Below, in pieces: positions 31,301 through 47,354 of a stretch of 64,000 nucleotides of DNA. The notes under the pieces were generated by a model. The model saw only the letters and a program-made list of their open reading frames with translations, had not been told where the DNA came from and ran no database searches. The position numbers and the translations under genes are program-made. Each line of letters starts with the position of its first letter. Positions within the stretch are counted from its first letter, which is position 1. This DNA comes from an uncultured Actinomycetota bacterium (GTDB lineage: Bacteria > Actinomycetota > Actinomycetes > JACCUZ01). Where the stretch lies: NCBI GenBank assembly GCA_963794995.1, contig CAWCFV010000002.1, positions 1,332,215 to 1,396,214 on the forward strand. The letters are read 5' to 3'.

Positions 31301-32524
31301 TCAGACCGAGAGGAAAGCGGCGAAGGTCGCGGCCACGAGCACCCGCGCACCGACCGAGATGGCCCTTTCGTCCGCATCGAAGCGACCCTGGTGCAGGTCC
31401 ATCCGGTCCTCCACCGGCACCCCGGAGGGGCTGGTCCCGAGCCGGGCGAGCGCCCCCGGGACCCCGCGGAGGTACCAGGCGAAGTCCTCGCCCCCGAGAC
31501 TCTGCTCGGTGCCGACCAGCGCCTCCGGGCCCTCGGTCTCGCGGACCGCGGCGGCGAGGAGGTCGACGCTGGTGGCCTCGTTCTCGACCGGCGGCACGTT
31601 GCGGGTGTAGCCGACCTCCACCTGCACGCCGTAGGGCGCGACGATCTCGCGCACGAGCTGCTCGACGAGCTCCGGCGCCCCCTGCCAGGCGCTGGCGTCC
31701 AGGCAGCGGACGGTCCCCTCGGCCTCGCCCGTCGTCGGGATGGCGTTCGCGGCCCGGCCGGCGGCGATCCGGCCCCAGACCACGCTCAGGGCCGCGCGCG
31801 GGTCGACCCGCCGCGACAGCGCTGCGGGAAGGTCGGTGACCACCTTGCCCAGCGCGTAGACGACGTCTGCCGTGAGGTGCGGTCGCGCCGTGTGCCCGCC
31901 GGGGCCGTGCAGGCGGACCACGAGCTGGTCGGCGGAGCCGGTGATGGCGCCCACCCGGAGCCCGACCGTGCCGATCTCGAGGCGCGGCGCGCAGTGCAGG
32001 GCGAAGACCCGCTCCATCCCCGCGGTCTCGCCGGCCTCGACGACGGACAGCCCGCCGCTGCGGGCGGACTCCTCGGCCGGCTGGAAGACAAGTCGGACCC
32101 GCCCCGGCAGGAGCCCCTCGTCGGCGTACTCGGCCAGGACCAGACCGGCGCCCAGCACCGCCGCGGTGTGCAGGTCGTGTCCGCAGGCGTGGCAGACGCC
32201 GGGGACGGTGGATGCGTACGGCACGTCCTTGAGGTCGGCGATCGGCAGCGCGTCGAGGTCGGCCCGCAGCCCGACGACCCGGTCGCCGGCGCCGACGTCG
32301 CAGACCAGACCGGTGCCCCCGGCCAGGACCCGGGGCTCGAGGCCGGCGGCGCGCAGCCGCTCGCGCAGCAGGCGGGTGGTGCGGACCTCGCCCCAGGACA
32401 GCTCGGGGTGGGCGTGCAGGTCGCGGCGCAGGGCGACCAGCTCGTCGTGGAGGGCCTTCACCCGGGGCGCGATGTCGGTCGGTGCCACCGTGCGGTGGTG
32501 CGAGTGGGCCGACGGTGTGGTCAC
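31301..32524 (-). CDS. M20-family amidohydrolase (N-acyl-amino-acid amidohydrolase / hippurate-hydrolase-like)
   Basis: Metal-binding motifs HACGHDLH, QPAEE, HCAP. 407 aa. Confidence 0.8.
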   Translation of the reverse strand: MTTPSAHSHHRTVAPTDIAPRVKALHDELVALRRDLHAHPELSWGEVRTTRLLRERLRAAGLEPRVLAGGTGLVCDVGAGDRVVGLRADLDALPIADLKDVPYASTVPGVCHACGHDLHTAAVLGAGLVLAEYADEGLLPGRVRLVFQPAEESARSGGLSVVEAGETAGMERVFALHCAPRLEIGTVGLRVGAITGSADQLVVRLHGPGGHTARPHLTADVVYALGKVVTDLPAALSRRVDPRAALSVVWGRIAAGRAANAIPTTGEAEGTVRCLDASAWQGAPELVEQLVREIVAPYGVQVEVGYTRNVPPVENEATSVDLLAAAVRETEGPEALVGTEQSLGGEDFAWYLRGVPGALARLGTSPSGVPVEDRMDLHQGRFDADERAISVGARVLVAATFAAFLSV

Positions 32525-32572
32525 ACCGCGCGACCTTACCCGCGGGCGCGGGCGCGCCCGGCCGGCCTCCGG

Positions 32573-34153
<1,581 letters not shown>

Positions 34154-34219
34154 GCCCGCGATGCTAACCAGCCCCGGCTCCCCAGCCGATAACCTGCCTC
34201 CGATGGACGAGAGCGCGCA

Positions 34220-35557
34220 GTGACGGCCGTCGGCCGCTTGCTCGCCGGCGGGGTCGCGTCCCTGCTCACCCTCGGCGTGCTGGCCCCTGCCGCCTCGCAG
34301 GCCGCGTCGGGGACACCCGTCGGTGGTCCGGCCCTCGGCACGACCGGGCTCGCGGTCGACGCGCCCGGTGCCGAGCCGCTGCCGGAGGTGGCCGCCTCGG
34401 CGTACCTGCTCGCCGACCTCGGCACCGGCGAGGTGCTCGCGGCCAAGGACCCCCACGGACGCTGGCGTCCCGCCAGCACGCTGAAGATGCTCACCGCCCT
34501 GACCCTGCTGCCCCGGCTCGACCCCACGACCGTCTACACCGCCCAGTGGGAGGACGCCAACGTCGAGGGCAGCCGGGCCGGGATCGTCCCGGACGCCACG
34601 TACACCGTCGACCAGCTCTTCCAGGCGCTGTTCCTGGTCTCCGGCAACGACGCGGCCAACGCCCTGGCGAACGCGGCCGGCGGGGTGCCGCAGACCGTGG
34701 CGGCGATGTCGCGCACGGCGCGCGACCTCGGCGCGCTCGACACCACGGTGCGCAACCCCAGCGGGCTCGACGCACCCGCCCAGGTGACCTCGGCCTACGA
34801 CCTCGCCGTCATCGCCCGGGCGGCGCTGGCCCGCGAGGACTTCCGCGCCCTCGCGGCGACGGTCAAGGTGCAGTTCCCCGGCAAGATGCCGCGCGCCGGC
34901 AAGGTGCGCAAGACGTTCGAGATCTACACCCAGGACCGCCTGCTGCTGAACTACCGCGGCGCCATCGGCGTCAAGACGGGCTGGACCACCAAGGCGCGTG
35001 GCACCTTCGTCGGGGCGGCGACCCGCAAGGGCCGCACGCTGGTCGCGACGGTCCTGCACAGCAACCAGGACTCGTGGCGCGACTCCGCGGCGCTGCTCAG
35101 CTGGGGGTTCCGCAACGCCGCGCTGGCGAACCCCGTCGGGACGCTCGACGCGGTCGGGAAGCCGGCGGCGGGCACCGAGGTCACCGAGCCGCGGTCCGGC
35201 ACGGACGCAGTGGCCGCGGCGTCGCCCGCGGCCACTGCCGGGAGCCCGGCCGGGCTCGGGCTGCCCTGGTGGCTCGACGTCGTGCTGCTGCTCGCGCTCG
35301 TGGTCGGGCTGCTGCGCAGCCGGGTGCTGCTGCGCCGACGGCTGCGGCAGCGCCGGCCGGCCGCTGGACCGGCAGGTTCAGGAGGATCGGCAGGTCCGGC
35401 GCGGTCGGGGGTCGGGCTGCCTCAGTCGCGCGACCGGCGCCGGGTGAGGACCCCGGCCAGTCCGGCACCGGCCGCGGCACCGAGCAGCACCCCCCGGACC
35501 GTCACGGTCCTGCGTGACGAGCCACCGCCGGCTGCCCGCAGCGGCACCGCGTCGTAG
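34220..35557 (+). CDS. D-alanyl-D-alanine carboxypeptidase (S11 family, DacB-like) with C-terminal TM anchor
   Basis: Signal peptide present. The SxxK motif is in ASTLKM, with SGN and KTG motifs. C-terminal TM is [16 protein letters not shown]. The 3' end overlaps the convergent yihY gene by ~136 bp. Confidence 0.8.
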   Translation: MTAVGRLLAGGVASLLTLGVLAPAASQAASGTPVGGPALGTTGLAVDAPGAEPLPEVAASAYLLADLGTGEVLAAKDPHGRWRPASTLKMLTALTLLPRLDPTTVYTAQWEDANVEGSRAGIVPDATYTVDQLFQALFLVSGNDAANALANAAGGVPQTVAAMSRTARDLGALDTTVRNPSGLDAPAQVTSAYDLAVIARAALAREDFRALAATVKVQFPGKMPRAGKVRKTFEIYTQDRLLLNYRGAIGVKTGWTTKARGTFVGAATRKGRTLVATVLHSNQDSWRDSAALLSWGFRNAALANPVGTLDAVGKPAAGTEVTEPRSGTDAVAAASPAATAGSPAGLGLPWWLDVVLLLALVVGLLRSRVLLRRRLRQRRPAAGPAGSGGSAGPARSGVGLPQSRDRRRVRTPASPAPAAAPSSTPRTVTVLRDEPPPAARSGTAS

Positions 35558-36522
35558 TCGGCGGGCGCGACGGCCGCCACCGGGTCGGTGGCGGCCGCGA
35601 TCGGCGTGCTGCGCCCCGCCCCCGGCTCGCCGATCTCCCCCGGCTCGAGCGAGTACGGCTGGGTGGCCGTCCAGGCGGCCACGTAGACGAGCAGGCGTGA
35701 CACGAAGTTGATCCACACCAGCAGCCCGACCACGACACCGACCGTGGCGTAGAGCGGGTTGTCGGTCGTACGCCCCACCAGGAAGGTGCCCAGCAGCTTC
35801 AGCGCCTCGAACCCGACGGCGCCGAGGACCGCGCCGGAGCGGATCTGCCGCCACGGCAGGCCGGCACCGGACAGGCGTGAGAGCAGGATCGCGAAGATGG
35901 CCGTGTTCACCAGCAGGGCCAGCACGACGGCGAGGACCTTGAGCAGCAGGATCGCGACCGTCGAGTCGTCGAGGTCGACCAGCCCGAGGACGTACTCGGT
36001 GGCCGCGGTCGCCAGGCTGCTCACCACGACCGAGCCCATCAGGGCCGTCCCCAGGAGCAGCAGGACGAACAGGTCGACCAGCTTCTTGGTGAGGAAGGAC
36101 AGCGGGACGTCGAGGGTCCCGAACACCCGGCGGAGGGCGTTGCGCAGCGCGTCGACCCAGCCGAGGCCGGCGTAGAGCAGGCCGAGGAGGCCCACGAGGC
36201 CGGCCCCCGACCGGCTGTCCGCGATGTCGCTCACGTTGATCTGGCCCGGACCCGTCCCGACGAGGCTGGGGAACGTGCCCTCGATCGCCGCCGTGATGCC
36301 GTCGCGCGCACCCGGGTAGACGACGCTCACGTAGCCCACGACGGAGAACGCCAGCGCGAGCAGGGGGAAGAACGACAGGAAGCCGAAGTAGGTGATGGCG
36401 GCGGCCACCTGCCCGCCCAGCACCTCGCTGTGCCGGTCGTAGGCGCGGACCGCGTGGTCGACCCAGGGTCGGCGGTCCCGCGCCCGCCGGACGGTCGCGC
36501 GCACCCGGTCCATGACTCCCAT
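35422..36522 (-). CDS. YihY/BrkB (ribonuclease-BN-like) family membrane protein
   Basis: Six TM segments (ITYFGFLSFFPLLALAF…). 366 aa from the ATG at 36522. Confidence 0.75.
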   Translation of the reverse strand: MGVMDRVRATVRRARDRRPWVDHAVRAYDRHSEVLGGQVAAAITYFGFLSFFPLLALAFSVVGYVSVVYPGARDGITAAIEGTFPSLVGTGPGQINVSDIADSRSGAGLVGLLGLLYAGLGWVDALRNALRRVFGTLDVPLSFLTKKLVDLFVLLLLGTALMGSVVVSSLATAATEYVLGLVDLDDSTVAILLLKVLAVVLALLVNTAIFAILLSRLSGAGLPWRQIRSGAVLGAVGFEALKLLGTFLVGRTTDNPLYATVGVVVGLLVWINFVSRLLVYVAAWTATQPYSLEPGEIGEPGAGRSTPIAAATDPVAAVAPADYDAVPLRAAGGGSSRRTVTVRGVLLGAAAGAGLAGVLTRRRSRD

Positions 36523-36551
36523 CAGAGGCCGTTTCCCGGCCGCGCGGCCAC

Positions 36552-39636
<3,085 letters not shown>

Positions 39637-39889
39637 GGCGTACCGGCGGGGTGCGGGTACGCCGGACTACTCCAGCCGTCCATACCGACCAGCGTAGACG
39701 CACGGCACCGTCGCCCCGCACCCGCGGCACCCCTCGGCGCAGCGCAGTGGACATCACGACAACAACCAACAGATCCCTACAGCACCTCCCGGGAAAGCGG
39801 ACCGACTGCGGGCGTGGATGACCCCCGGGACCACGGCGACGCCGAGGGTTCTTGTTGACTTCTGCGGATACAGCCGCCAGGCTCGCGCC

Positions 39890-40714
39890 ATGCCCGCCGC
39901 CCGTCCGCTGATGCTCGCCCGGGAGAGGCAGTCCTACATCCTGGAGCGGGTGCGCGAGCGCGGGGCCGTGAAGGTCAGCGACCTCACGCGGGAGCTCTCG
40001 GTCTCGGACATGACCGTCCGCCGGGACCTCGACCTGCTGGCCCGGCAGGGGGTGCTCGACAAGGTCCACGGCGGCGCGACCTCACCGGCGCTCACGAGCA
40101 CCGACGAGCCGGGCTTCGAGACGAAGTCCTCGCGCGAGCGGGCCGAGAAGGACGCCATCGCCCGTGCCGCGGTGGCCATGGTGCGCCCCGGCAGCGCCGT
40201 GGGGCTCTCGGCCGGCACCACGACGTGGACCATCGCGCACCGTCTGCGCGACGTCCCGGGCATCACGGTCGTCACGAACTCGGTGCAGATCGCCACCGTG
40301 TTCTGGTCGGCTCCGGACCCGGCCCGGACCGTCGTCCTCACCGGGGGGGTGCGCACCCCGTCCGACGCCCTGGTGGGCCCGATCGCGGTGGCCGCGCTGC
40401 GCAGCCTCAACCTCGACATCGTGTTCCTCGGCGTCCACGGCATGGACCAGCGGACCGGCTTCACCAGCCCCAACCTTCTCGAGGCGGAGACCAGCCGAGC
40501 TCTCGCCAGGTCGGCGCGCCGGCTCGCCGTGGTGGCCGACCACACCAAGTGGAACGTCATCGGCATCAGCACCATCGCCGCCCTGCCCGAGGCCGACGTC
40601 GTCATCACCGACTCCGGGCTGGCTGCCGAGGACCTGGCCGTGCTGCGGGACGAGGTGGGCGACGTGACGGTCGCTGCGGTGGCCGACGGACTGTCGGGGA
40701 CGGAGGACGCGTGA
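39890..40714 (+). CDS. DeoR/GlpR-family transcriptional regulator (gal operon)
   Basis: HTH is ERQSYILERVRERGAVKVSDLTRELSVSDMTVRRDL, followed by a DeoR C-terminal sugar-phosphate-binding domain. The start is taken at the ATG at 39890. Confidence 0.8.
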   Translation: MPAARPLMLARERQSYILERVRERGAVKVSDLTRELSVSDMTVRRDLDLLARQGVLDKVHGGATSPALTSTDEPGFETKSSRERAEKDAIARAAVAMVRPGSAVGLSAGTTTWTIAHRLRDVPGITVVTNSVQIATVFWSAPDPARTVVLTGGVRTPSDALVGPIAVAALRSLNLDIVFLGVHGMDQRTGFTSPNLLEAETSRALARSARRLAVVADHTKWNVIGISTIAALPEADVVITDSGLAAEDLAVLRDEVGDVTVAAVADGLSGTEDA

Positions 40715-41814
40715 GGAAGTCCTCGGTCCACCTCGCCGACGGGCGAGAGCTGTTCTTCTTCGACGACGACGCCACCGCCAGGACGGTGGACCGGGCCGGC
40801 GTCGAGGACCGACGCCCCCTCGAGACCACCACGACGGCCTCCGAGATCCGCTACGACGCCCTGCTCGACGAGTGGGTCGCGGTGGCCTCCCACCGGCAGA
40901 GCCGCACCCACCTCCCGCCGGCGGACGAGTGCCCCCTGTGCCCGTCGCGCGACGGGCGGCAGACGGAGGTCCCGGCCGACGACTACGACGTCGTCGTCTT
41001 CGAGAACCGGTTCCCGTCCTTCGCCGCCGACCACGCCCACGACGTCGACCCCGGGTCGGGCACGTCCACGTCCGGGGACCGCCGGCCCGGCCTGGGACGC
41101 TGCGAGGTGGTCTGCTTCACCAGCGACCACGACCTGCCGGTCAGCGGGCTCTCGCCCGAGCGGGTGCGCCTGGTGCTCGAGGCCTGGGCCGACCGCAGCG
41201 CGGCTCTCGCCGCGCTGCCGTTCGTGGAGCAGGTCTACTGCTTCGAGAACCGGGGCGAGGAGATCGGGGTGACCCTGAGCCATCCCCACGGGCAGATCTA
41301 CGGCTACCCGTTCGTCACCCCGCGCACCCGGACCATGCTCGACGCGGCGCGGCGGCACCGCGAGCGCACCGGCCGCGACCTGTTCGCCGACCGCGTGGAG
41401 CAGGAGGTCTCCGACGGGTCCCGCGTCGTCGTCGACAGCGAGCACTGGGTCGCCTTCGTCCCGTTCGCCGCCCGGTGGCCGGTGGAGGTGCACCTCTACC
41501 CGCGCCGCGGCGTGCCCGACCTCCCGGCGCTGGACGCGGCCGCCCGGGACGACTTCCCCGGGATCTACCTCCAGCTGCTCGGCGCGCTCGACGGCCTCTA
41601 CGACGCCCCGCTGCCCTACATCTCCGGCTGGCACCAGGCTCCGGTCCGGGTCGACCGTGACCTGGCGTCGCTGCACCTCGAGCTCTTCTCGGTCAAGCGC
41701 GCGGCGAACAAGCTGAAGTTCCTCGCGGGCTCCGAGTCCGGCATGGGCGCGTTCGTCAACGACATCGCACCCGAGCGGTCCGCGGCGATGCTGCGCGACG
41801 CCCTGCCGCGGTGA
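40711..41814 (+). CDS. galT: Galactose-1-phosphate uridylyltransferase
   Basis: CPLCP zinc motif and HPHGQ active-site motif. The GTG start overlaps the deoR stop (GTGA). Confidence 0.88.
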   Translation: MRKSSVHLADGRELFFFDDDATARTVDRAGVEDRRPLETTTTASEIRYDALLDEWVAVASHRQSRTHLPPADECPLCPSRDGRQTEVPADDYDVVVFENRFPSFAADHAHDVDPGSGTSTSGDRRPGLGRCEVVCFTSDHDLPVSGLSPERVRLVLEAWADRSAALAALPFVEQVYCFENRGEEIGVTLSHPHGQIYGYPFVTPRTRTMLDAARRHRERTGRDLFADRVEQEVSDGSRVVVDSEHWVAFVPFAARWPVEVHLYPRRGVPDLPALDAAARDDFPGIYLQLLGALDGLYDAPLPYISGWHQAPVRVDRDLASLHLELFSVKRAANKLKFLAGSESGMGAFVNDIAPERSAAMLRDALPR

Positions 41815-42977
41815 GCGACCTCGTCGGTGACCACGCCACGGTCAAGGCCGCCTTCGACGAGCTGACCGGCGCCGAGCCCGAGGGCGTCTGGTCCTCGCCC
41901 GGGCGGGTCAACCTGATCGGCGAGCACACCGACTACAACGGCGGCTTCGCGATGCCCTTCGCCATCGCGGCCCGGGCCTACGTGGCAGCACGGCGTCGCG
42001 ACGACGGCGTGCTGCGGATGCGCTCCGTGCAGCTGCCCGACGGCGACACCACGGTCCGGGTGGACGACCTGGCACCGGGCACGCCGCGCGGCTGGGCGGC
42101 GTACGTCGCCGGCGTCGTCTGGGCTGCCCGGCAGGCGGGACACGACGTCGGTGGGATGGACGTCGTCGTCGACGGCCGGGTGCCGCTCGGGAGCGGCCTG
42201 TCGTCGTCGCACGCCCTCGAGTGCGCGGTCGCGGCGGCCACCGCCGCGCTGCACGGCACCGCGAGCTCGCTGGACGACCTGGCCCGGCTCTCGCTGGTCG
42301 CGGAGAACGACTTCGTCGGCGCACCGACCGGCATGCTCGACCAGCTCGCGTCCCTGCACTGCACCGCCGGCCACGCGATCGTGCTCGACAACCGCTCGCT
42401 GGCGGTCGAGCAGGTGCCGCTGGACGTGGCCGCCGCGGGCCTGCGGCTCCTCGTCGTGGACACCCGGGTGCACCACGACCACGCCGAGGGCGGCTACGGG
42501 CAGCGGCGGGCGTCCTGTGAGCGCGCCGCCGCCCTGCTGGGCGTCGACGCGCTGCGCGACGTGGCCGAGGACGGCCTGGCGGGCGCGCTGGCCCGGCTGC
42601 CCGACGACGAGCTGCGCCGCCGGGTCCGGCACGTGGTCACCGAGAACGCCCGGGTGGAGGCCGCGGCGGCCGCCCTCCGCGGCGGCGACTGGAGGTCGCT
42701 GGGCAGGCTCATGGACGCCTCTCACGAGTCGCTGCGCGTCGACTACGAGGTGAGCTGCGACGAGCTGGACGTGGCGGTGACGGCGCTGCGCGGGGCGGGC
42801 GCCCTGGGTGCCCGGATGACCGGCGGCGGCTTCGGCGGCTCGGCGATCGCCCTGCTGCCCGCCAGGGCGGTGGACACCGCCCGTGAGGCGGTGCGCCACG
42901 CGTTCGACCGACGCGGCTGGAGCGCCCCCGAGGCCTTCGAGGTGCAGCCTTCGCCGGGGATGCGCCGCGACGACTGA
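41811..42977 (+). CDS. galK: Galactokinase
   Basis: Motifs PGRVNLIGEHTDYNGG and GGGFGGSAIAL. The GTG start overlaps the galT stop. Confidence 0.9.
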   Translation: MSDLVGDHATVKAAFDELTGAEPEGVWSSPGRVNLIGEHTDYNGGFAMPFAIAARAYVAARRRDDGVLRMRSVQLPDGDTTVRVDDLAPGTPRGWAAYVAGVVWAARQAGHDVGGMDVVVDGRVPLGSGLSSSHALECAVAAATAALHGTASSLDDLARLSLVAENDFVGAPTGMLDQLASLHCTAGHAIVLDNRSLAVEQVPLDVAAAGLRLLVVDTRVHHDHAEGGYGQRRASCERAAALLGVDALRDVAEDGLAGALARLPDDELRRRVRHVVTENARVEAAAAALRGGDWRSLGRLMDASHESLRVDYEVSCDELDVAVTALRGAGALGARMTGGGFGGSAIALLPARAVDTAREAVRHAFDRRGWSAPEAFEVQPSPGMRRDD

Positions 42978-43048
42978 GCCGGCCGGTGGGGCAGCGCCGT
43001 TGCCTGGGCGATTTGTCCCGGTTCTCCGGTCCCTGGTAGGACCGTGGG

Positions 43049-43723
43049 GTGACTCCCCTGCCCCCGGGTGGCCGCCGCCCCCTGCCCCGGCGCCCGCACC
43101 CCGAGCGGTCCGCGTCCCACCCGGCCGGACCGGGCTCGCCCGCGGAGCGGGCCCTTCAGCGCCGACTCGGCACCACCGCGCGCGCCGACCGGTTCTACGA
43201 CGACCAGGTTCTCGACCACCTCAACCCGGACATGCGCGACTTCGTCTGCCGGCAGCGGATGTTCTTCCTGGCGACCGCGGACGCCGCGGGCGCCTGCGAC
43301 AACACCCTGCGCGCCGGGCCGCCCGGTCTCGTCGAGGTGCTCGACGAGCGGACGCTGGCCTGGCCGGAGTACAAGGGCAACGGCGTGCTGGCCAGCCTCG
43401 CGAACATCATGGAGAACCCGCAGGTCGGCATGCTGATGGTCGACTTCGTGCACGACGGCGTCGGCCTGCACGTCAACGGCACGGCACGGCTGGTCGAGCC
43501 GGCGGCCGCTGCGCTGGCCGGGCTCGAGGCGGATGCTCCCGCGGGCCGCACCGCCTCCGCGTGGGTGGTGGTCCGGGTGACGGAGGCCTACATCCACTGC
43601 TCCAAGCACATCCCGCGCCTCGCCGAGGTGCCCGCGGCCGAGGCCACGAGTGCCCGACGGGTCCGGACCGCTGACTACTTCGGGACCGTCGCGGCCCGTC
43701 GGAGGGACGACGCCGCCTCCTAG
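43049..43723 (+). CDS. Pyridoxamine 5'-phosphate oxidase-like FMN-binding split-barrel protein
   Basis: Core motif FFLATADAAG…GMLMVDF…GLHVNG. The start is uncertain (GTG at 43049). Confidence 0.6.
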   Translation: MTPLPPGGRRPLPRRPHPERSASHPAGPGSPAERALQRRLGTTARADRFYDDQVLDHLNPDMRDFVCRQRMFFLATADAAGACDNTLRAGPPGLVEVLDERTLAWPEYKGNGVLASLANIMENPQVGMLMVDFVHDGVGLHVNGTARLVEPAAAALAGLEADAPAGRTASAWVVVRVTEAYIHCSKHIPRLAEVPAAEATSARRVRTADYFGTVAARRRDDAAS

Positions 43724-43730
43724 CGGCAGT

Positions 43731-44949
43731 TCAGGCGAGGGCGGCGGCGAGGTTCTCGTCGAGCGCGGCGAGGAACTCCTCGGTCGTGAGGAACGCCTGG
43801 TCCTTGGACACCAGCAGGGCGAGGTCCTTGGTCATCTGGCCGCTCTCGACCGTCTCGACGCAGACCCGCTCGAGGGTCTCTGCGAAGCCGGTCACCTCGG
43901 GCGTGCCGTCGAGCTTGCCGCGGTGCTTGAGACCCCCGGTCCACGCGAAGATCGACGCGATCGGGTTGGTCGAGGTCGGCTTGCCCGCCTGGTGCTGGCG
44001 GAAGTGCCGGGTCACCGTGCCGTGCGCGGCCTCGGCCTCGACGGTCCGGCCGTCCGGGGTCATCAGCACCGAGGTCATCAGGCCCAGCGAGCCGAAGCCC
44101 TGCGCGACCGTGTCGGACTGCACGTCACCGTCGTAGTTCTTGCAGGCCCAGACGTAGCCGCCCTCCCACTTCATGGCGGCGGCGACCATGTCGTCGATCA
44201 GCCGGTGCTCGTAGGTCAGGCCCTTGGCCTCGAAGTCGGCCTTGAACTCCTTCTCGAACACCTCGGCGAAGATGTCCTTGAAGGCACCGTCGTACGCCTT
44301 GAGGATCGTGTTCTTCGTCGACATGTACACGGGGTACTCGCGCTGCAGCCCGTAGGCGAACGAGGCCCGCGCGAAGTCCTCGATCGACTTGTTGAAGTTG
44401 TACATGCCCATCGCGACGCCGCCGTCGTCGCCGAAGTTCGCGACGACGTGCTGGATCGGCTCGGAGCCGTCGGCCGGCGTGAAGGTGATGGTCAGCTCGC
44501 CGGCGCCGGGCACCTTGAAGTTGGTGGCCTTGTACTGGTCGCCGTGCGCGTGACGGCCGATGATGATCGGCTTGGTCCAGCCCGGCACCAGGCGCGGGAT
44601 GTTGCTGATGATGATCGGCTCGCGGAAGACGACGCCGCCGAGGATGTTGCGGATCGTGCCGTTCGGGCGAGACCCACATCTTCTTCAGCCCGAACTCCTC
44701 GACCCGGGCCTCGTCCGGCGTGATGGTCGCGCACTTCACCCCGACGCCGTGCTTCTTGATGGCGTTCGCGGCGTCGACGGTGATCTGGTCGTCGGTCGCG
44801 TCGCGGCTCTCGATGCCGAGGTCGTAGTAGTGCAGGTCGACGTCGAGGTAGGGGTGGACCAGGCGGTCCTTGATGAACTGCCAGATGATCCGGGTCATCT
44901 CGTCGCCGTCGAGCTCGACGACCGGGTTCTGCACCTTGATCTTGGCCAC
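43731..44949 (-). CDS. icd: NADP-dependent isocitrate dehydrogenase (eukaryotic-type), interrupted by a +1 frameshift near 44664
   Basis: N-terminal frame reads [23 protein letters not shown]…EEFGLKKMW and then goes out of frame. The conserved …[20 protein letters not shown]…[17 protein letters not shown]… sequence continues in the adjacent frame down to 43731. The observed cccGaacggcacg differs from the expected cccaacggcacg by one extra base. Total length is 406 codons plus 1 nt. Confidence 0.85.
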
Positions 44950-44971
44950 GGGACTGCTCCTCGGAGTTCGG

Positions 44972-45034
44972 GTCGGTCGTTGAGTTCGTTGAGGTCGTTG
45001 AGTTCGTTGAAGTCGTTGAGTTCGTTGAGGTCGT
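44972..45034. repeat. 9-bp tandem repeat array (GTCGTTGAG/TTCGTTGAG alternating, ~6.5 units) in the mdh–icd intergenic region
   Basis: Read directly from the sequence: gtcgttgag ttcgttgag gtcgttgag ttcgttgaa gtcgttgag ttcgttgag gtcgt. Visibly lower GC than its surroundings. About 25 nt upstream of the icd GAGGAG RBS and GTG start (44949). Confidence 0.85.
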
Positions 45035-45055
45035 ACGCGTGCGGTGGCGCGCCGG

Positions 45056-46171
<1,116 letters not shown>

Positions 46172-46492
46172 TCAGCGCGAGGGCGGGACGATGATCGCGA
46201 AGACCACCAGGGCCGTACCCATGCTGGCGAGCACCAGCACGTCGAAGGCTCGGCTGCGCACCACCAGCAGCCCGACCCGCCGGACCGGCAGCACCAGCCG
46301 CGCGAAGCCCGCGAGCAGGACCGAGACCCCCAGCAGCAGGCAGCCGCTGCGGAAGTGGCCGAACGCGACGGCCCCCAGACCGACGACCCCGAGGCCCAGG
46401 ACCGAGAGCAGCGGCCACTGCCGACCGACCCAGCCGCCGCGGATCGGCGGCCGGTCGTCGTGGGGGCGCCCGGCGCCGTCGGAGGTGCTCAC
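46172..46492 (-). CDS. DUF3017-like small two-TM membrane protein (106 aa), coupled to folD
   Basis: Its GTG overlaps the folD stop (GTGA). Hydrophobic segments are [19 protein letters not shown] and [18 protein letters not shown]. Such small membrane genes are commonly found downstream of folD in actinobacteria. Confidence 0.6.
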   Translation of the reverse strand: MSTSDGAGRPHDDRPPIRGGWVGRQWPLLSVLGLGVVGLGAVAFGHFRSGCLLLGVSVLLAGFARLVLPVRRVGLLVVRSRAFDVLVLASMGTALVVFAIIVPPSR

Positions 46493-47340
46493 CCCGCCGA
46501 GCGCTCCGCGCTCTCGACGACGTTGAGCAGCAGCATCGCCCGCGTCATCGGCCCGGCTCCGCCGGGCACGGGAGCGAGATGGCCGGCCACCCCGGCGACG
46601 TCCGGCGCGACGTCGCCGACCAGCCCGTTCTCGGTCCGGGTGATCCCCACGTCGACGACCGTCGCACCGGGCTTGACCATGTCGGCGGTGACGAGGCCGG
46701 GCACCCCGGCGGCCGCCACGACGACGTCGGCGCGGCGCAGGTGGCCGGCCAGGTCGCGGGTCCGGGTGTGGCACAGCGTCACGGTCGCGTTCTCGCTGCG
46801 CCGGGTCAGCAGCAGGCCCAGCGGACGGCCGACGGTGACCCCCCGGCCCACGACGGCGACGTCGAGTCCGGCCGGGTCGATGCCGTACTCCCGGAGCAGG
46901 TGCACGATCCCCCGCGGCGTGCACGGCAGCGGACCCGGCTCGCCGAGCACCAGCCGGCCGAGGTTCGTGGGGTGCAGCCCGTCGGCGTCCTTGCCGGGGT
47001 CCATCCGGAGCAGGGCGGAGCCCGCGTCGAGCCCGCCGGGCAGGGGCAGCTGGACGATGTAGCCGGTGCACGCCGGGTCGGCGTTGAGCTCGTCGACCAC
47101 CGCCTCGACCTCTGCCTGGGTCGCGGTCGCCGGTAGCTCGCGCTGCAGCGAGGTGATCCCTACCTGTGCGCAGTCGCGGTGCTTGCCCGCGACGTAGGAC
47201 CGGCTGCCGGGGTCGTCACCGACGAGGACGGTGCCCAGGCCCGGGACCACGCCGCGCTCGCGAAGGCGGGCGACGCGCTCGGTGAGGTCGGCGCGGATGC
47301 CCGCCGCGGTGGCCTTGCCGTCGAGGATCGTTGCGCTCAC
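46489..47340 (-). CDS. folD: Bifunctional methylenetetrahydrofolate dehydrogenase / methenyltetrahydrofolate cyclohydrolase
   Basis: Motifs [26 protein letters not shown] and [11 protein letters not shown]. 283 aa. Confidence 0.9.
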   Translation of the reverse strand: MSATILDGKATAAGIRADLTERVARLRERGVVPGLGTVLVGDDPGSRSYVAGKHRDCAQVGITSLQRELPATATQAEVEAVVDELNADPACTGYIVQLPLPGGLDAGSALLRMDPGKDADGLHPTNLGRLVLGEPGPLPCTPRGIVHLLREYGIDPAGLDVAVVGRGVTVGRPLGLLLTRRSENATVTLCHTRTRDLAGHLRRADVVVAAAGVPGLVTADMVKPGATVVDVGITRTENGLVGDVAPDVAGVAGHLAPVPGGAGPMTRAMLLLNVVESAERSAG

Positions 47341-47354
47341 GGGCGTGGAGTCTG

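Noticed and set aside
39637-39889. Promoter call for deoR (TTGACT at 39856–39861)
   Set aside because: A -35-like hexamer is present, but no convincing -10 lies at 16–19-nt spacing. It is too weak to annotate without TSS data.
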